Positions 46,691 through 56,836 of a stretch of 64,000 nt of DNA are shown in pieces. Below the pieces are notes generated by a model, which had not been told where the DNA came from, did not search any database, and was given only the letters and a program-made list of their open reading frames with translations. Position 1 is the stretch's first letter; each line of letters begins with the position of its first letter. Position numbers and translations under genes: made by a program. The DNA comes from Candidatus Micrarchaeota archaeon (GTDB taxonomy: Archaea > Micrarchaeota > Micrarchaeia > Norongarragalinales > Norongarragalinaceae), in contig JACQQD010000005.1 of the NCBI GenBank assembly GCA_016207165.1, positions 31,871 through 95,870 on the forward strand, written 5' to 3'.

Positions 46691-48127
46691 ATGAAGGAAA
46701 TCGAGCACCGCATCCTGGAGGCGTTGTCCAAGCACAAAACGTCGGTGGACGGCCAAAAACTCGCGCAAGACGCCAAGGTCTCCTACGACGCGCTCATGAG
46801 CGTGTTGAGCGCGTTGGAAGACCAGGGATTTGCCTACGTCAAACGGTCCTCGTCCAAGCGGCTTGAATTGACGGACGAAGGCAAGACGTACGCCGAGAAA
46901 GGCACGCCGGAACGAAGGCTGGTGGACGCGTTGTCCAAAAAGCCCGTGGCGTTTAAAGAAGCGTTCAAGTCCGCCGGTCTTTCCGTTCAGGAAGAAAAAA
47001 TCGCTTTGGTTTGGGCCAAGAAAAACGGCTGGATTTCCATGGAGAAAGGCTTGATGGCCAAGGTCTCGGATGTCGAAAGCGAGACGGAAAAACAACTTAA
47101 ACAGGCATTGGAAGGAAAGCTCAAGGACGCCGGCGCGCTTTTGGCGCGGAAACTGGCGGAAGAAGTCGAAGAGAAAACCGTTTCCACTTCCATTAGTTCC
47201 AACGGAAAAAAAGCGTTGACGCAGGAATCGGTGCTGGCCTCCCAGCTCACGCCGGAAATGCTGAAAACGGGTTCGTGGAAAAACCAAGAATTCCGGTCCT
47301 ACGACGTGGACACCCTGGTTTCCCCGGTCATGGCAGGCAAAAAGCACGCGTACCAGGAATTCTTGACCAAGATTCGCGACAAGCTCATTGCGTTGGGCTT
47401 CCAGGAGGCCCACGGCCCTTTGGTGGAACTGGAGTTCTGGAACATGGACGCGCTTTTCATGGCGCAGGACCACCCGGCGCGCGAAATCCACGACGTGTTC
47501 TTGGTGGAGGACCCCACGAAAGGCGAAATTTTGGAGAAGCAAGTCATTGAACAAGTCCAAAAAGCGCATGAAGAAGGCTTGGCGGGATCCAAGGGATGGC
47601 GGTACACGTGGGACCCCGAAATCGCTCTGCGGTTGTGTTTGAGAAGCCAGACCACCGCCGTGTCTTCGCGCACGCTGGCCAAAGGCATAAAGCCGCCGTT
47701 GAAAATGTTTTCCATCGGCCGCGTGTTTCGGCCCGATGAAATTGACTGGAGCCACTTCATCGAATTCAACCAGTGCGAAGGCATCGTCGTGGACGAGAAC
47801 ATGTCGTTTCGGGAACTCTTGGGGTATTTGAAGCGTTTTGCCGTGGAAGTCTTCCACGCCGAAGACGTCAAGTTCGCTCCCTCCTATTTTCCGTTCACGG
47901 AACCCAGCGTCGAATTGTACGCCAAGATTCCAAAAAGAGGATGGGCGGAAGTCGGCGGAGCCGGCATGTTCCGGCCGGAAATGCTTTCCGCGCTTGACGT
48001 GCACGTGCCGGTGTTGGCGTGGGGCTTGGGCATCGACCGCCTGGCCATGCTTTCGCTAGGCATTACGGATGTCCGGGAATTGTTTTCCAGCAACATCGGA
48101 TTCTTGAGGGAGGCGAAAACCGCGTGA
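46691..48127 (+). CDS. pheS: phenylalanyl-tRNA synthetase alpha subunit (archaeal type)
   Basis: N-terminal winged-helix repeats plus a class II core (FRPDEIDWSHFIEFNQCEG, GAGMFRPE). The ATG at 46691 is preferred. Confidence 0.9.
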   Translation: MKEIEHRILEALSKHKTSVDGQKLAQDAKVSYDALMSVLSALEDQGFAYVKRSSSKRLELTDEGKTYAEKGTPERRLVDALSKKPVAFKEAFKSAGLSVQEEKIALVWAKKNGWISMEKGLMAKVSDVESETEKQLKQALEGKLKDAGALLARKLAEEVEEKTVSTSISSNGKKALTQESVLASQLTPEMLKTGSWKNQEFRSYDVDTLVSPVMAGKKHAYQEFLTKIRDKLIALGFQEAHGPLVELEFWNMDALFMAQDHPAREIHDVFLVEDPTKGEILEKQVIEQVQKAHEEGLAGSKGWRYTWDPEIALRLCLRSQTTAVSSRTLAKGIKPPLKMFSIGRVFRPDEIDWSHFIEFNQCEGIVVDENMSFRELLGYLKRFAVEVFHAEDVKFAPSYFPFTEPSVELYAKIPKRGWAEVGGAGMFRPEMLSALDVHVPVLAWGLGIDRLAMLSLGITDVRELFSSNIGFLREAKTA

Positions 48128-48489
48128 AGGCGTTGTCCGTCGCATTTCGAACCGTCAAGACCAAGGGATCCGAGTTCCGCGTCACCGCGTGGCAAAACGA
48201 GAAAGAATCCGGCGCCTTGCTGGTGCGCTTTCAAGAAGAAAACGCGTACTTGGTACCGGACCCCAAAGCCTTGAAAATCGTGCACGCCCACGCCAAAGGC
48301 CAGGGACTGGCCAAGGCCTTGGTGGCGTACGCCGTCGGCGTGGCCAGAAAGCAAGGCGCCAAGAACGTCGTGTTCGCCAACATCCAAAACGAAGAACTGG
48401 CCGAAAAACTCGCTGGAAACGGCCGCGTGACGTCGTACCACGAGTTCGGCGACGCGGCGTACCCCGAGCGCTTCCAAATTCAGTGGTAA
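48124..48489 (+). CDS. small GNAT-like protein
   Basis: The GTG start overlaps the pheS stop. HAHAKGQGLAKALVAYAV resembles the acetyl-CoA loop Q/RxxGxG/A. Confidence 0.45.
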   Translation: MKALSVAFRTVKTKGSEFRVTAWQNEKESGALLVRFQEENAYLVPDPKALKIVHAHAKGQGLAKALVAYAVGVARKQGAKNVVFANIQNEELAEKLAGNGRVTSYHEFGDAAYPERFQIQW

Positions 48490-48496
48490 AAAATTC

Positions 48497-50131
48497 ATGG
48501 TTTCTACGACATACCCCAAAGAATTGCTTTTGAAAGCCGTTTCCGCCAGCGAAAAGCAGGTGCTGGAAGCGTTGCCGAACATCAAGGCCAACGTCGAGGG
48601 CACCGACGATGAAGGCATCACCGTGGAAGTCACCGGCGACCGGCCGGATCTTTTAAGCGTCTTTGGCGCCGCCCGCGCGCTGAAAGGCTACCTGGGAAAA
48701 GAAACGGGCTCGCCTGCCTGCGACTTCAACGCGTCAGGCATCAAGGTGTTCGTGGAACCGGAAGCCGAAGCCATCAGGCCCGTACTGGTTTCCGCCGTCA
48801 TTCGAAACGCGGACTTGGACGACACGAAAATCCAGCACCTCTTCCAAGTCCAGGAAAAACTGGATTTGACCAATGGCCGAAGAAGGAAGAAAGGCTCCAT
48901 CGGGTTGTACGATTTGGATCAACTCAAGGGCCCGTTCTACTTGAAAAACGCGTCCATGGACACGAAATTCCATCCCCTCAAAGCCGACCGCGAAATGACG
49001 GTCAAACAAATTCTTTCCGAGCACCCCACCGGCAAAGACTACGCGCACCTGGTCACCGGCAAACACTACCCCATGCTGGTGGATTCCAAAAACAGGGTCT
49101 TGTCTCTGGTGGACATCATCAACGCCGCGGACTGTGCGGTGACGGAGGACACCAAAAACGTTTTCATTGACTTGACGGGCACGGACTTGCATTCCTGCAA
49201 CGCGACGCTCAACGTGTTGTGCCAGGATTTCGCCGACCAAGGCGCCGTGGTGGAAACCGTGGAAATCCACCACAAAACCAAGAAGCTGGTCACCCCGGAC
49301 ACCAAACCCGAGAAATACGTTTTGAACGTGGACCGAGTCAACAAGTTGCTTGGAACCAGCCTACCGCCCAAGGAGGTCGTGCAACTGCTCCGCCGCCAGC
49401 GCCTGGACGTCACGGTGGGAAGGGAAACCCTGGAGTGCTTTACGCCAAGATACCGCTCGGATTTCCTGCATGAAATCGACTTGGTCGAGGAAGTCGCCTT
49501 GGCGCACGGGTACAACCAATTCCAGGTCAAAGAACCCTCTGTTTTCACCGTGGGCTCAAAAAGCGATCGGACGTACCTCGTGCAGAAAGCCCGCGACCAG
49601 TTGGCGTCGTTTGGCTTCCTGGAGCTCATGACGCACGTGTTCTTCTCGCACGCCAAAGCCGCCAAGGCCTCCGCCGAAAAAGACGTGGTGAAAATCAAAA
49701 ACCCCGTTTCCGAAGAGTACACCAGCCTCCGCTCCCTCTTGATGCCGTCCCTATTGGAAGTGCTCTCCAAGAACACGCACCAGCCCTACCCCCAGAACGT
49801 GTTTGAAGTCGGGGAAGTCGTGGTCAAGGACCCAAAAACCACGACCAAGACGCGCACCGACGTGAACGCGTGCCTTCTGTCTGCGCATGCCGACGCCAAC
49901 TTGAGCCAAGTCGCCTCGCTCTTGGACGAGTTCAACCGACGCATGAACTTCGCGTACACGCTGAAGGCCTACACCCACGGACGATTCATTTCCGGCCGAG
50001 CCGCCGAAGTCGTGCAGGGCAAAATCCCAGTCGGGTTCGTCGGCGAACTGCATCCAATGGTGTTGGAGAACTACGGGTTGCAGGTGCCGGTAAGCGCTTT
50101 TGAAATCCGCTTGATCAAAGGCGAACACTAA
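48497..50131 (+). CDS. pheT: phenylalanyl-tRNA synthetase beta subunit (archaeal type)
   Basis: 544 aa, in operon position after pheS, with B3/4-B5-like organisation. Confidence 0.9.
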   Translation: MVSTTYPKELLLKAVSASEKQVLEALPNIKANVEGTDDEGITVEVTGDRPDLLSVFGAARALKGYLGKETGSPACDFNASGIKVFVEPEAEAIRPVLVSAVIRNADLDDTKIQHLFQVQEKLDLTNGRRRKKGSIGLYDLDQLKGPFYLKNASMDTKFHPLKADREMTVKQILSEHPTGKDYAHLVTGKHYPMLVDSKNRVLSLVDIINAADCAVTEDTKNVFIDLTGTDLHSCNATLNVLCQDFADQGAVVETVEIHHKTKKLVTPDTKPEKYVLNVDRVNKLLGTSLPPKEVVQLLRRQRLDVTVGRETLECFTPRYRSDFLHEIDLVEEVALAHGYNQFQVKEPSVFTVGSKSDRTYLVQKARDQLASFGFLELMTHVFFSHAKAAKASAEKDVVKIKNPVSEEYTSLRSLLMPSLLEVLSKNTHQPYPQNVFEVGEVVVKDPKTTTKTRTDVNACLLSAHADANLSQVASLLDEFNRRMNFAYTLKAYTHGRFISGRAAEVVQGKIPVGFVGELHPMVLENYGLQVPVSAFEIRLIKGEH

Positions 50132-50137
50132 CCCGCC

Positions 50138-50755
50138 ATGTCCGCCGAAAACATCCTCCGCCGAATTCCTCTTCACGTCAAACTCGTGGCCGCCACCAAG
50201 TACGCAAAATCCAACGCAGTCAACGCGCTCATTGGCCAAGGCGTGAAGCGAATTGGGGAAAACCGTGTCCAGGACGCCTTGGAAAAGTTTCCCCTTCTCT
50301 TGCCGTGCGAGAAGCATTTTTTGGGCACCATCCAATCCAACAAGATCCGAAAAATCGCGGAGCACTTCGACTGGATCCAAAGCATGGAATCCCTGGACCA
50401 CGCTGAAAAACTCAATCGCGTCCTGAATGAAAAAGCAAAGGCCATGCCGGTCCTGGTGCAAGTCAATTTGGGTGAGGAAAAACAGAAACACGGCTTGCCG
50501 CCCGACGTGGAGGCGGTCCGGGAATTTCTTTTGGCTCTCAAACCCTTCAAGAATTTGGACGTGCGCGGCCTCATGGCCGTGGTTTCCCTGAAAGGCGATT
50601 CCCGCCCGCACTTTAAAAAAGCCAAGGCGCTTTTTGACGCGCTCAAGGACGAATTCGGCTTGGAAGAACTGTCCATGGGCACGTCCGACGACTTCCAGGT
50701 GGCCATCGAAGAAGGCGCGACCATGGTGCGGTTGGGAAGAATTCTTTTCGTCTAG
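50138..50755 (+). CDS. YggS/PROSC-family PLP-binding protein
   Basis: 205 aa with LVAATKY (PLP lysine), GENRVQDA, HFLGTIQSNK and LSMGTSDDF. It ends in TAG. Confidence 0.85.
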   Translation: MSAENILRRIPLHVKLVAATKYAKSNAVNALIGQGVKRIGENRVQDALEKFPLLLPCEKHFLGTIQSNKIRKIAEHFDWIQSMESLDHAEKLNRVLNEKAKAMPVLVQVNLGEEKQKHGLPPDVEAVREFLLALKPFKNLDVRGLMAVVSLKGDSRPHFKKAKALFDALKDEFGLEELSMGTSDDFQVAIEEGATMVRLGRILFV

Positions 50756-52251
50756 TCGTTCTTTTTCCTTCGCCAGCCGAAAAACAGGTCTCCGGCTTTC
50801 CTAAGCAAGTTCCTGGCGCCGCCGCGTGCACGGGCAGCGGCCTGGCGCGCGGACTCCATTCCCGGAATGGCTTGAAGCAGTTTCGCGTTGAAGCGTTTGA
50901 GGTACCTCGAACTGAACCGGTGCGAATTTCCAGGTTCAGGTAGAGGCGCCAAACGGAGGTCCTTGGAATGAAGTGCCTCAATCACGTCGTCCAGGGTGGA
51001 AGCCACAAACATGCCGCGGGCGCGGGCGCGAAGCCGGCGACCCACCGAAGTATCCTGTTTGGCGGTTTCACTCTGCCAAGAGACGGGCATGTCCAGGATT
51101 TTGTCCGGAAGCAACACGTCGCTGTCGTGCATCAAAATCACGTCGCCGGGCCGCGCACTGGAAACGCGTTGAAGCAACTCTTTTCGCGCGGCTTCAAGCA
51201 ACTGCGATCGATCTTGTTCGCCTGGGCTTAGAAGGGATTGCGCGGCCAGGTGGTAGTCGCCCGTATCCAAACTCCAGTCCACGTGGTCCATGCCGCGGTT
51301 GCGCACGTGCAGCAAGGCGGGCCAAGAAAAAATGCCGCCGGGAAAACGAAAATGTCGAACCGCTGTACGCAACAATCGTTGCAAGCGTTGCTGGGGTAAA
51401 GTCACTTCCCGTTCCAGCACGTCCCGGGATGGAAAGCCCCGCAAGCCATAGTCGTGGGTTTGGCTGTGGGAACCGATGCCGTGGCCGTTTTCGTGCGCTT
51501 GCCTAACCACGTCCTCGCCGTCCGGTAACGCGTCCAAGTTGTTTCCGGTGACGAAAAACGTGACCGGCAATTTGCGCTTGGATTTTGTTTCAAGGCTGCT
51601 TAACATGCCCACGATGTGCTGGGTCCATGGGCCGGGGCCGTCGTCAAAAGTCAGGTACACGTCTCGCATGGAAGCCGGGGTTTCAGGCACTGGAAAACCT
51701 TCCGGCGCAGGCCCCCATTGTCTCTTGGAAGTTGGAGGCATTCCGGCAATTTGGCGTAGCGTGTCCACATGGCGTTTGAAAAAGGCTTTGGCGCGGCTCA
51801 AGGGTTTGGAGGAGGAAAAACGGTTTAACGGAACTTCCTGGCGGCGAATTTCGGTACCGGTTTCTTGTGAAATGGCGTCAAACGTGTGACGCATTTTCTC
51901 ACGGTAAAGCGCTTGATACGCGTCCGTGAGAAAATCAAGGCCATGACGTTGGGCCACGTCATACGCCTCGCGAAGCCGAGAAACATACAAGTGGCGGCTG
52001 ACGACCAGCAAAAACAGTTGCGGCGAAACCTCGCCTTTCACTTGGACCTTTTTGCCCGGAAAGGCGTCCTTGAGGAAATCGTTCACAGCCGTGGCCGGCA
52101 CCGCTTCAACAGCGGGATCATGCAATCTGAAGAAGCCGTGCGCCAGTTCCGATACTTCGTCGATTTCCCTATGTCCGATGCGCGGCAGGACCACGGAATC
52201 CGTTTTCGGCCTTCCCTTGGAGGGAAGCGTGATTTCCAAGCGCGGCGACAT
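50752..52251 (-). CDS. polysaccharide deacetylase (NodB homology) with N- and C-terminal extensions
   Basis: 499 aa with VYLTFDDGPGPW and GIGSHSQTHDY. Confidence 0.8.
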   Translation of the reverse strand: MSPRLEITLPSKGRPKTDSVVLPRIGHREIDEVSELAHGFFRLHDPAVEAVPATAVNDFLKDAFPGKKVQVKGEVSPQLFLLVVSRHLYVSRLREAYDVAQRHGLDFLTDAYQALYREKMRHTFDAISQETGTEIRRQEVPLNRFSSSKPLSRAKAFFKRHVDTLRQIAGMPPTSKRQWGPAPEGFPVPETPASMRDVYLTFDDGPGPWTQHIVGMLSSLETKSKRKLPVTFFVTGNNLDALPDGEDVVRQAHENGHGIGSHSQTHDYGLRGFPSRDVLEREVTLPQQRLQRLLRTAVRHFRFPGGIFSWPALLHVRNRGMDHVDWSLDTGDYHLAAQSLLSPGEQDRSQLLEAARKELLQRVSSARPGDVILMHDSDVLLPDKILDMPVSWQSETAKQDTSVGRRLRARARGMFVASTLDDVIEALHSKDLRLAPLPEPGNSHRFSSRYLKRFNAKLLQAIPGMESARQAAARARGGARNLLRKAGDLFFGWRRKKND

Positions 52252-52276
52252 GAAAGCGTTTGGAAAACCGGGTTAT

Positions 52277-52987
52277 TTAATCCCAGTGCGCGTTAAGGTC
52301 GTGACGCTTGAGCCAATCCATGGCATCCTGGTAGAATGGGTATTTTTGCTCGTCCGTCTTGAAGGCCATCGAGTGGACGGTCCGGCGCGTGGCGTTGTGT
52401 TTGGACGGGTGTTTGGCGTGCAAAAGTTCGTGGAACACCACGTATTCTAAGACATAGAACGGAACGCGTTTTTGGTCCAAGCGGTTGGAAATGAGAATCT
52501 CGTGAGCGGCTTCATCATAGAAACCCACCAGCCGCGCGCCGCCTTGCGCGTTCCACCCGATTTTCGGCACCGGCAGTTCTTGGAGAACGGGGTACTCGTG
52601 AATCAAGCGGAGGACCACGTCGTTTAAATCGTGGTGGCTGCCGTTGGCCTGCAAACGGCGTTGGCGTCCAAAACGGCGTTTGAGGGAATGCGAGAGTTTG
52701 ACGGCTTGGGCGTTCCGGAAGAATTCCTGGAAGGCCGACGTGTACGCGTTTTCCGGCACTCTCCTTCGGAAGGAGCGGCCGATTAAATCCAAAGCCAGGC
52801 CAACCAACACTTCTCTTCCCCCGGCCTCAAAACCTCGGCTTGCCTTGACGGTCACCAAATTCCCCGTCCGCTGCATGACGGCTTTCAGGGAAGCGAAGTC
52901 ATGGTAGTTCGCGCGCACGCGGTAGTCGCTCAAACCCATCAAAACCAGCCCCGAATAGAAGGCTTCCTCCAAGTCCGCCATTTTCAA
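52277..52987 (-). CDS. SprT/DUF45-like zinc metallopeptidase-fold protein
   Basis: 236 aa with the HExxH motif in YVVFHELLHAKH. Confidence 0.65.
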   Translation of the reverse strand: MKMADLEEAFYSGLVLMGLSDYRVRANYHDFASLKAVMQRTGNLVTVKASRGFEAGGREVLVGLALDLIGRSFRRRVPENAYTSAFQEFFRNAQAVKLSHSLKRRFGRQRRLQANGSHHDLNDVVLRLIHEYPVLQELPVPKIGWNAQGGARLVGFYDEAAHEILISNRLDQKRVPFYVLEYVVFHELLHAKHPSKHNATRRTVHSMAFKTDEQKYPFYQDAMDWLKRHDLNAHWD

Positions 52988-53003
52988 GAACAGGAAAAGC
53001 CAG

Positions 53004-53013
53004 GTTTTTAAGC
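53004..53013 (+). promoter_or_regulatory. TATA-box-like element for the RNase P RNA
   Basis: gtttttaagc is centred about 26 nt upstream of the predicted RNA 5' end at 53036. Confidence 0.45.
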
Positions 53014-53035
53014 TCGTTCAAGCACAATTCTTTTC

Positions 53036-53332
53036 GGGTGGGGCGGTGCACGGCTGTCGGTAGCCTGGGTTCAAAGCCTGGGTGGCTGAGGAAGCTCCGC
53101 ACACTATTTCGACTGGAAACAGTGGTCAAAAACCCGTGCGCGGCAACGCGCCAACTCTAAGGGTTGATTTCCGGAACAGAAACGATATCGTCGGGTTTCG
53201 CAGGATGAAGTCCGCTGACGTTGAAGCCCAGTACGAGTGAAACGCGCCGGGAAATGGGGAGTGCAAGGCCTTTGAGCCGCTAAGTCGAATGCCGTGGTCA
53301 ACAGAATGCGGGCTATGGCCGCCCCCACCCGT
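53036..53332 (+). ncRNA. rnpB: RNase P RNA (archaeal type A-like)
   Basis: The termini pair (GGGTGGGGCGG...CCGCCCCCACCC). Conserved regions are GAGGAAGCTCCGCAC (CR-I/P4), AACAGAAACGA, GAGTGAAAC and ACAGAATGCGGGCTAT (CR-V). A T-tract follows. Confidence 0.8.
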
Positions 53333-53431
53333 CTTTTTTCATTTCGAGTACCAGTCTAACTTACGAAAGCGTTATTAACGCCTTAGGGAACAAGAAAAAT
53401 CGTACGTTTTAGAACCCCTATTCGTGACTGG

Positions 53432-54529
53432 GTGAAGGCTTTGAACCAATACGATTTCCTGAAAGACAAGCACACCATCGATTTAAGCCAGGTCTCCGAG
53501 GAAGACAAGGCGCTCGTCGAGTTTCTGGAGCAGTCCAAGCCCAAAATCTGCGTGATCGGCACCGGCGGCTCTGGTTGTAACACGCTGGTGCGCATGCAGG
53601 AAGTGGGCATCGGCGACGTGAAAGTCATCGCCATGAACACCGACGCCCAGCACTTGCTGAAAGTCAAGGCGGACAAGAAAATCTTGTTGGGCAAGAAAAA
53701 GACGCGGGGCATGGGGGCGGGGTCGAATCCGACGGTCGGCCAGGCGGCCGCCGAGGAAAGCGAGGCGGAAATCCGCGAGATTCTAAAAGACATGGACATG
53801 GTATTCATCACCTGTGGTTTGGGCGGCGGAACGGGCACGGGTTCCGCGCACGTCATCGCGCGCTCGGCCAAGGACGCCGGAGCGCTTTGCATTGCCGTGT
53901 GCACGCTGCCGTTTACTTCCGAGGGCCCCAAGCGCATGCAGAATGCGTTGGACGGCTTTGAAAAGCTCAAGAAGGAGGCCGACACCACCATCGCGATTCC
54001 CAATGACAAGCTTTTGTACTTCGTTCCGGATTTGCCGCTCAACGCCGCATTCAAGACAGCCGACTTGGTTCTGACCAACGCCGTGCGTGGGATCGCCGAA
54101 TTGGTGACGAAACCGGGCTTGGTCAACTTGGATTTCGCCGATGTCCGCACCATCCTGGAGAAAGGCGGGCAAGCCATGATCGGATTGGGCGAAGTGTCGC
54201 GGCCGGACCAGCAGAACCGCGTGATTGAAGCCGCCGAAAAGGCGTTGTCCTCGCCGCTTCTGGACTTGGATATCGGCCAGGCCGACAAGGCGTTGGTCAA
54301 CATCACCGGCGGAAAAGACATGACTCTGGGCGAAGCAGAAGCCGCCGTCAACGCGATTTCAAGCAAGATGGGCCGCGACGCTCACGTGATTTGGGGCGCC
54401 ACCATTGACGACGGATTGGAGAAGAACACGGTCCGCGTGCTGGCGGTGCTTTCCGGCATCAAGACCAGCGTGAACCCGTCTCACCCGCCCAAGCAGGCGG
54501 TGGAAGAACTGGATTTGGAGTTTGTGTGA
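53432..54529 (+). CDS. ftsZ: cell division protein FtsZ
   Basis: 365 aa with the tubulin signature GLGGGTGTGS and NTDAQHL. Confidence 0.95.
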   Translation: MKALNQYDFLKDKHTIDLSQVSEEDKALVEFLEQSKPKICVIGTGGSGCNTLVRMQEVGIGDVKVIAMNTDAQHLLKVKADKKILLGKKKTRGMGAGSNPTVGQAAAEESEAEIREILKDMDMVFITCGLGGGTGTGSAHVIARSAKDAGALCIAVCTLPFTSEGPKRMQNALDGFEKLKKEADTTIAIPNDKLLYFVPDLPLNAAFKTADLVLTNAVRGIAELVTKPGLVNLDFADVRTILEKGGQAMIGLGEVSRPDQQNRVIEAAEKALSSPLLDLDIGQADKALVNITGGKDMTLGEAEAAVNAISSKMGRDAHVIWGATIDDGLEKNTVRVLAVLSGIKTSVNPSHPPKQAVEELDLEFV

Positions 54530-54711
54530 TGTCTATGAACGTGCAGGAATCCGTGCAATCGTTTCTCAAGCAAGCCGAAAGAGTCCTTGCGGTAACGCAC
54601 AAGCCGCGTGCGCCGGAATACAAGCAAATGGCGTTGACCACCGCCATTGGCATTGCCATCATCGGCATCATTGGATTTGTCATCAACACGTTGTCGCACT
54701 TTTTGGGGTAA
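54526..54711 (+). CDS. secE: protein translocase subunit SecE/Sec61-gamma
   Basis: 61 aa with a single C-terminal TM helix, in the conserved position before spt5. Confidence 0.8.
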   Translation: MMSMNVQESVQSFLKQAERVLAVTHKPRAPEYKQMALTTAIGIAIIGIIGFVINTLSHFLG

Positions 54712-54717
54712 TGGTTC

Positions 54718-55161
54718 ATGTTGTACGCGTACCGAGTCACCGCCGGCCAGGAAAACATCGTGGCCGACTTGTTGTCCGAGAAAATCCGGAAAACCAAGTC
54801 GCAGGTTTCCGCGCTCTTGGTTTCCTCCCGCCTCAAAGGCTACTTGATTGTGGAAAGTCCCGACGAAGTGGAGGCCAAGAAGCTGGTCACCAACGTACCC
54901 CACGTCAAAAGCGTGTTGAACAAGCCCATTGCCTTTGACGAAATCAAGGAACTCTTGGAATCCAAGCCCCAGGAAGTCTTGTTGAACAAGGGCGACTTGG
55001 TGGAAATCACGGGCGGGCCTTTCAAAGGGGAAAAGGCGAAAGTCGTCCGCATCGACAACGACAAGGAAGAGGTTACCGTCGAGCTGGTGGAAGTCGCGGT
55101 GCCCATTCCCGTCACCCTCAAGTTAAATACCGTGAAAGTCTTACCGTCTGGAGCGCAATGA
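54718..55161 (+). CDS. spt5: transcription elongation factor Spt5 (NusG)
   Basis: 147 aa with an NGN domain plus KOW (GDLVEITGGPFKGEKAKVV). Confidence 0.9.
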   Translation: MLYAYRVTAGQENIVADLLSEKIRKTKSQVSALLVSSRLKGYLIVESPDEVEAKKLVTNVPHVKSVLNKPIAFDEIKELLESKPQEVLLNKGDLVEITGGPFKGEKAKVVRIDNDKEEVTVELVEVAVPIPVTLKLNTVKVLPSGAQ

Positions 55162-55550
55162 GAGGCCAAGCACCCCAGACGCCCGTCAAAGTCGCCTACG
55201 TGATGGCCGTCGTCATTGCCACCATTTCAGGCGGCGCCGCTTTTTTTCACGCCGTGGAGGGCTGGTCGTGGGTGGACTCGTTTTATTTTGCCACCGCCAC
55301 GTTGACCACCGTCGGCTACGGCGACGTGGTGCCCACGCACGACGCGTCCAAGTTGTTCGCCATTCCCTTCATGCTGTTTGGCATCGGCATCATGCTTTAC
55401 TCGTTCAGGATCATGGGGGACCACGTCGTCGAAAAACGCTTAAAGGCCCTGCAACACTCACGCATGACATATGGACTTGAGGAAGACGTCGATGATGCGA
55501 ACCCATTACCGCAACGAAATCAACGAAGCGCTCCACGGAAAGGACGTTAA
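55158..55550 (+). CDS. two-TM potassium channel (KcsA-like pore)
   Basis: 130 aa with the selectivity filter TLTTVGYGDV between two hydrophobic helices. Confidence 0.75.
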   Translation: MRGQAPQTPVKVAYVMAVVIATISGGAAFFHAVEGWSWVDSFYFATATLTTVGYGDVVPTHDASKLFAIPFMLFGIGIMLYSFRIMGDHVVEKRLKALQHSRMTYGLEEDVDDANPLPQRNQRSAPRKGR

Positions 55551-56790
55551 GCTGGCGGGCTGGGTGCACGAAGTCCGCGACCTCGGCGGCATCTTGTTCG
55601 TGTTGGTGCGCGACAAGACCGGCATCTCCCAAGTCATCGTCAAAAAGAAGGAAGCCGACGCCAAACTCCTGCAAAAAGCGGAGGGGTTGGTCAAGGAAAC
55701 CGCCGTCGTCGTCTTTGGCACGGTGAAGTCCTCCAAGCAAGCCCCCGGAGGCTTTGAATTGCTTCCAAAAACATTGGACATCGTGGGCCCGGTATTCAAG
55801 AAAGTGCCTTTGGACGTCACAGGCCGCGTGCCGGCTGAACTGGACACGCGATTGGACGCGCGCTTCATCGACTTGCGCCGGGAACAACCCAGTGCCATTT
55901 TCCGCATCCGGGCTCTCGCACAGAAAGCCTTCCGGGAAAAGCTCTTGGAATTGGGGTTCCAGGAAATCAATCCGCCCAGCATCGTGTCCGCGTCCACCGA
56001 AGGCGGCTCGGATTTGTTCCACGTGCAATACTTTGAGAAAGACGCGTTCCTGGCGCAGTCCCCGCAACTCTACAAGCAGTTGGCCGTATTGGGAGGGATG
56101 GACAAAGTATTCATGACCGTTCCCGTGTTCCGCGCGGAAAAGCACAACACGGTTTCGCACCTCAACGAAGTCACGCAAATGGATGCGGAAATGGGTTTTG
56201 CGGATGACCAGGACGCCTTGGACGTGCTGGAACAAGTCTTCCTGCACATTCTCGGCTCGGTTCAAACCGAAGGCGGCGAGGACCTCAAGACCCTGGAACA
56301 AAAACTGGCCGCCCCGAAGAAAATCAAGCGCTTCACCTACGACGACGTTTTGGGCGCATTGTCCAAAAAATACCACGACCTCAAGTGGGGCGACGACTTC
56401 TCCAAAGAACAAGAAGGCGCCATGCCGGAATTGCTTGGGGAAGAAGCGTTTTTCATCACGGATTGGCCGACCGCTGTTCGCGCCTTTTACTCTATGCCGC
56501 ATGAGAAAGAACCCAAGAAATGCAAGGCGTACGACTTGATGTACCGCGGGCTGGAACTTGCCTCCGGGGCGCAACGCATCCACGTGCCCGAGTTGTTGAT
56601 CAAAGCCCTCAAGGCACGCGGGTTGGACCCCGCCGATTTTGAGTCGTACATCGACGCCTTCCGCTACGGCGCGTGCCCCCACGCCGGCTGGTCCATTGGC
56701 TCGGAACGCCTCACCATGCAGTTGACGGGGCAAAAGAATATTCGTGAATGCGCGTTGTTTCCAAGAGACAGACACCGATTGCGGCCTTGA
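55492..56790 (+). CDS. aspS: aspartyl-tRNA synthetase (archaeal type)
   Basis: Contains MMRTHYRNEI...VKLAGWVHEVRDLGGILFVLVRDKTG (OB fold) plus a class II core. The start is uncertain (55471, 55492 or 55495) and overlaps the end of the channel gene. Confidence 0.9.
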   Translation: MMRTHYRNEINEALHGKDVKLAGWVHEVRDLGGILFVLVRDKTGISQVIVKKKEADAKLLQKAEGLVKETAVVVFGTVKSSKQAPGGFELLPKTLDIVGPVFKKVPLDVTGRVPAELDTRLDARFIDLRREQPSAIFRIRALAQKAFREKLLELGFQEINPPSIVSASTEGGSDLFHVQYFEKDAFLAQSPQLYKQLAVLGGMDKVFMTVPVFRAEKHNTVSHLNEVTQMDAEMGFADDQDALDVLEQVFLHILGSVQTEGGEDLKTLEQKLAAPKKIKRFTYDDVLGALSKKYHDLKWGDDFSKEQEGAMPELLGEEAFFITDWPTAVRAFYSMPHEKEPKKCKAYDLMYRGLELASGAQRIHVPELLIKALKARGLDPADFESYIDAFRYGACPHAGWSIGSERLTMQLTGQKNIRECALFPRDRHRLRP

Positions 56791-56836
56791 GGAAAACCAA
56801 ATCCATTAATCTTCCACCGCCAAAACGCCTAACGCC

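Noticed and set aside
46388-48004. 538-aa minus-strand ORF.
   Set aside because: It is antisense to pheS and has no motifs.
53383-54366. 327-aa minus-strand ORF.
   Set aside because: It is antisense to ftsZ.
55411-56775. 454-aa minus-strand ORF.
   Set aside because: It is antisense to aspS.
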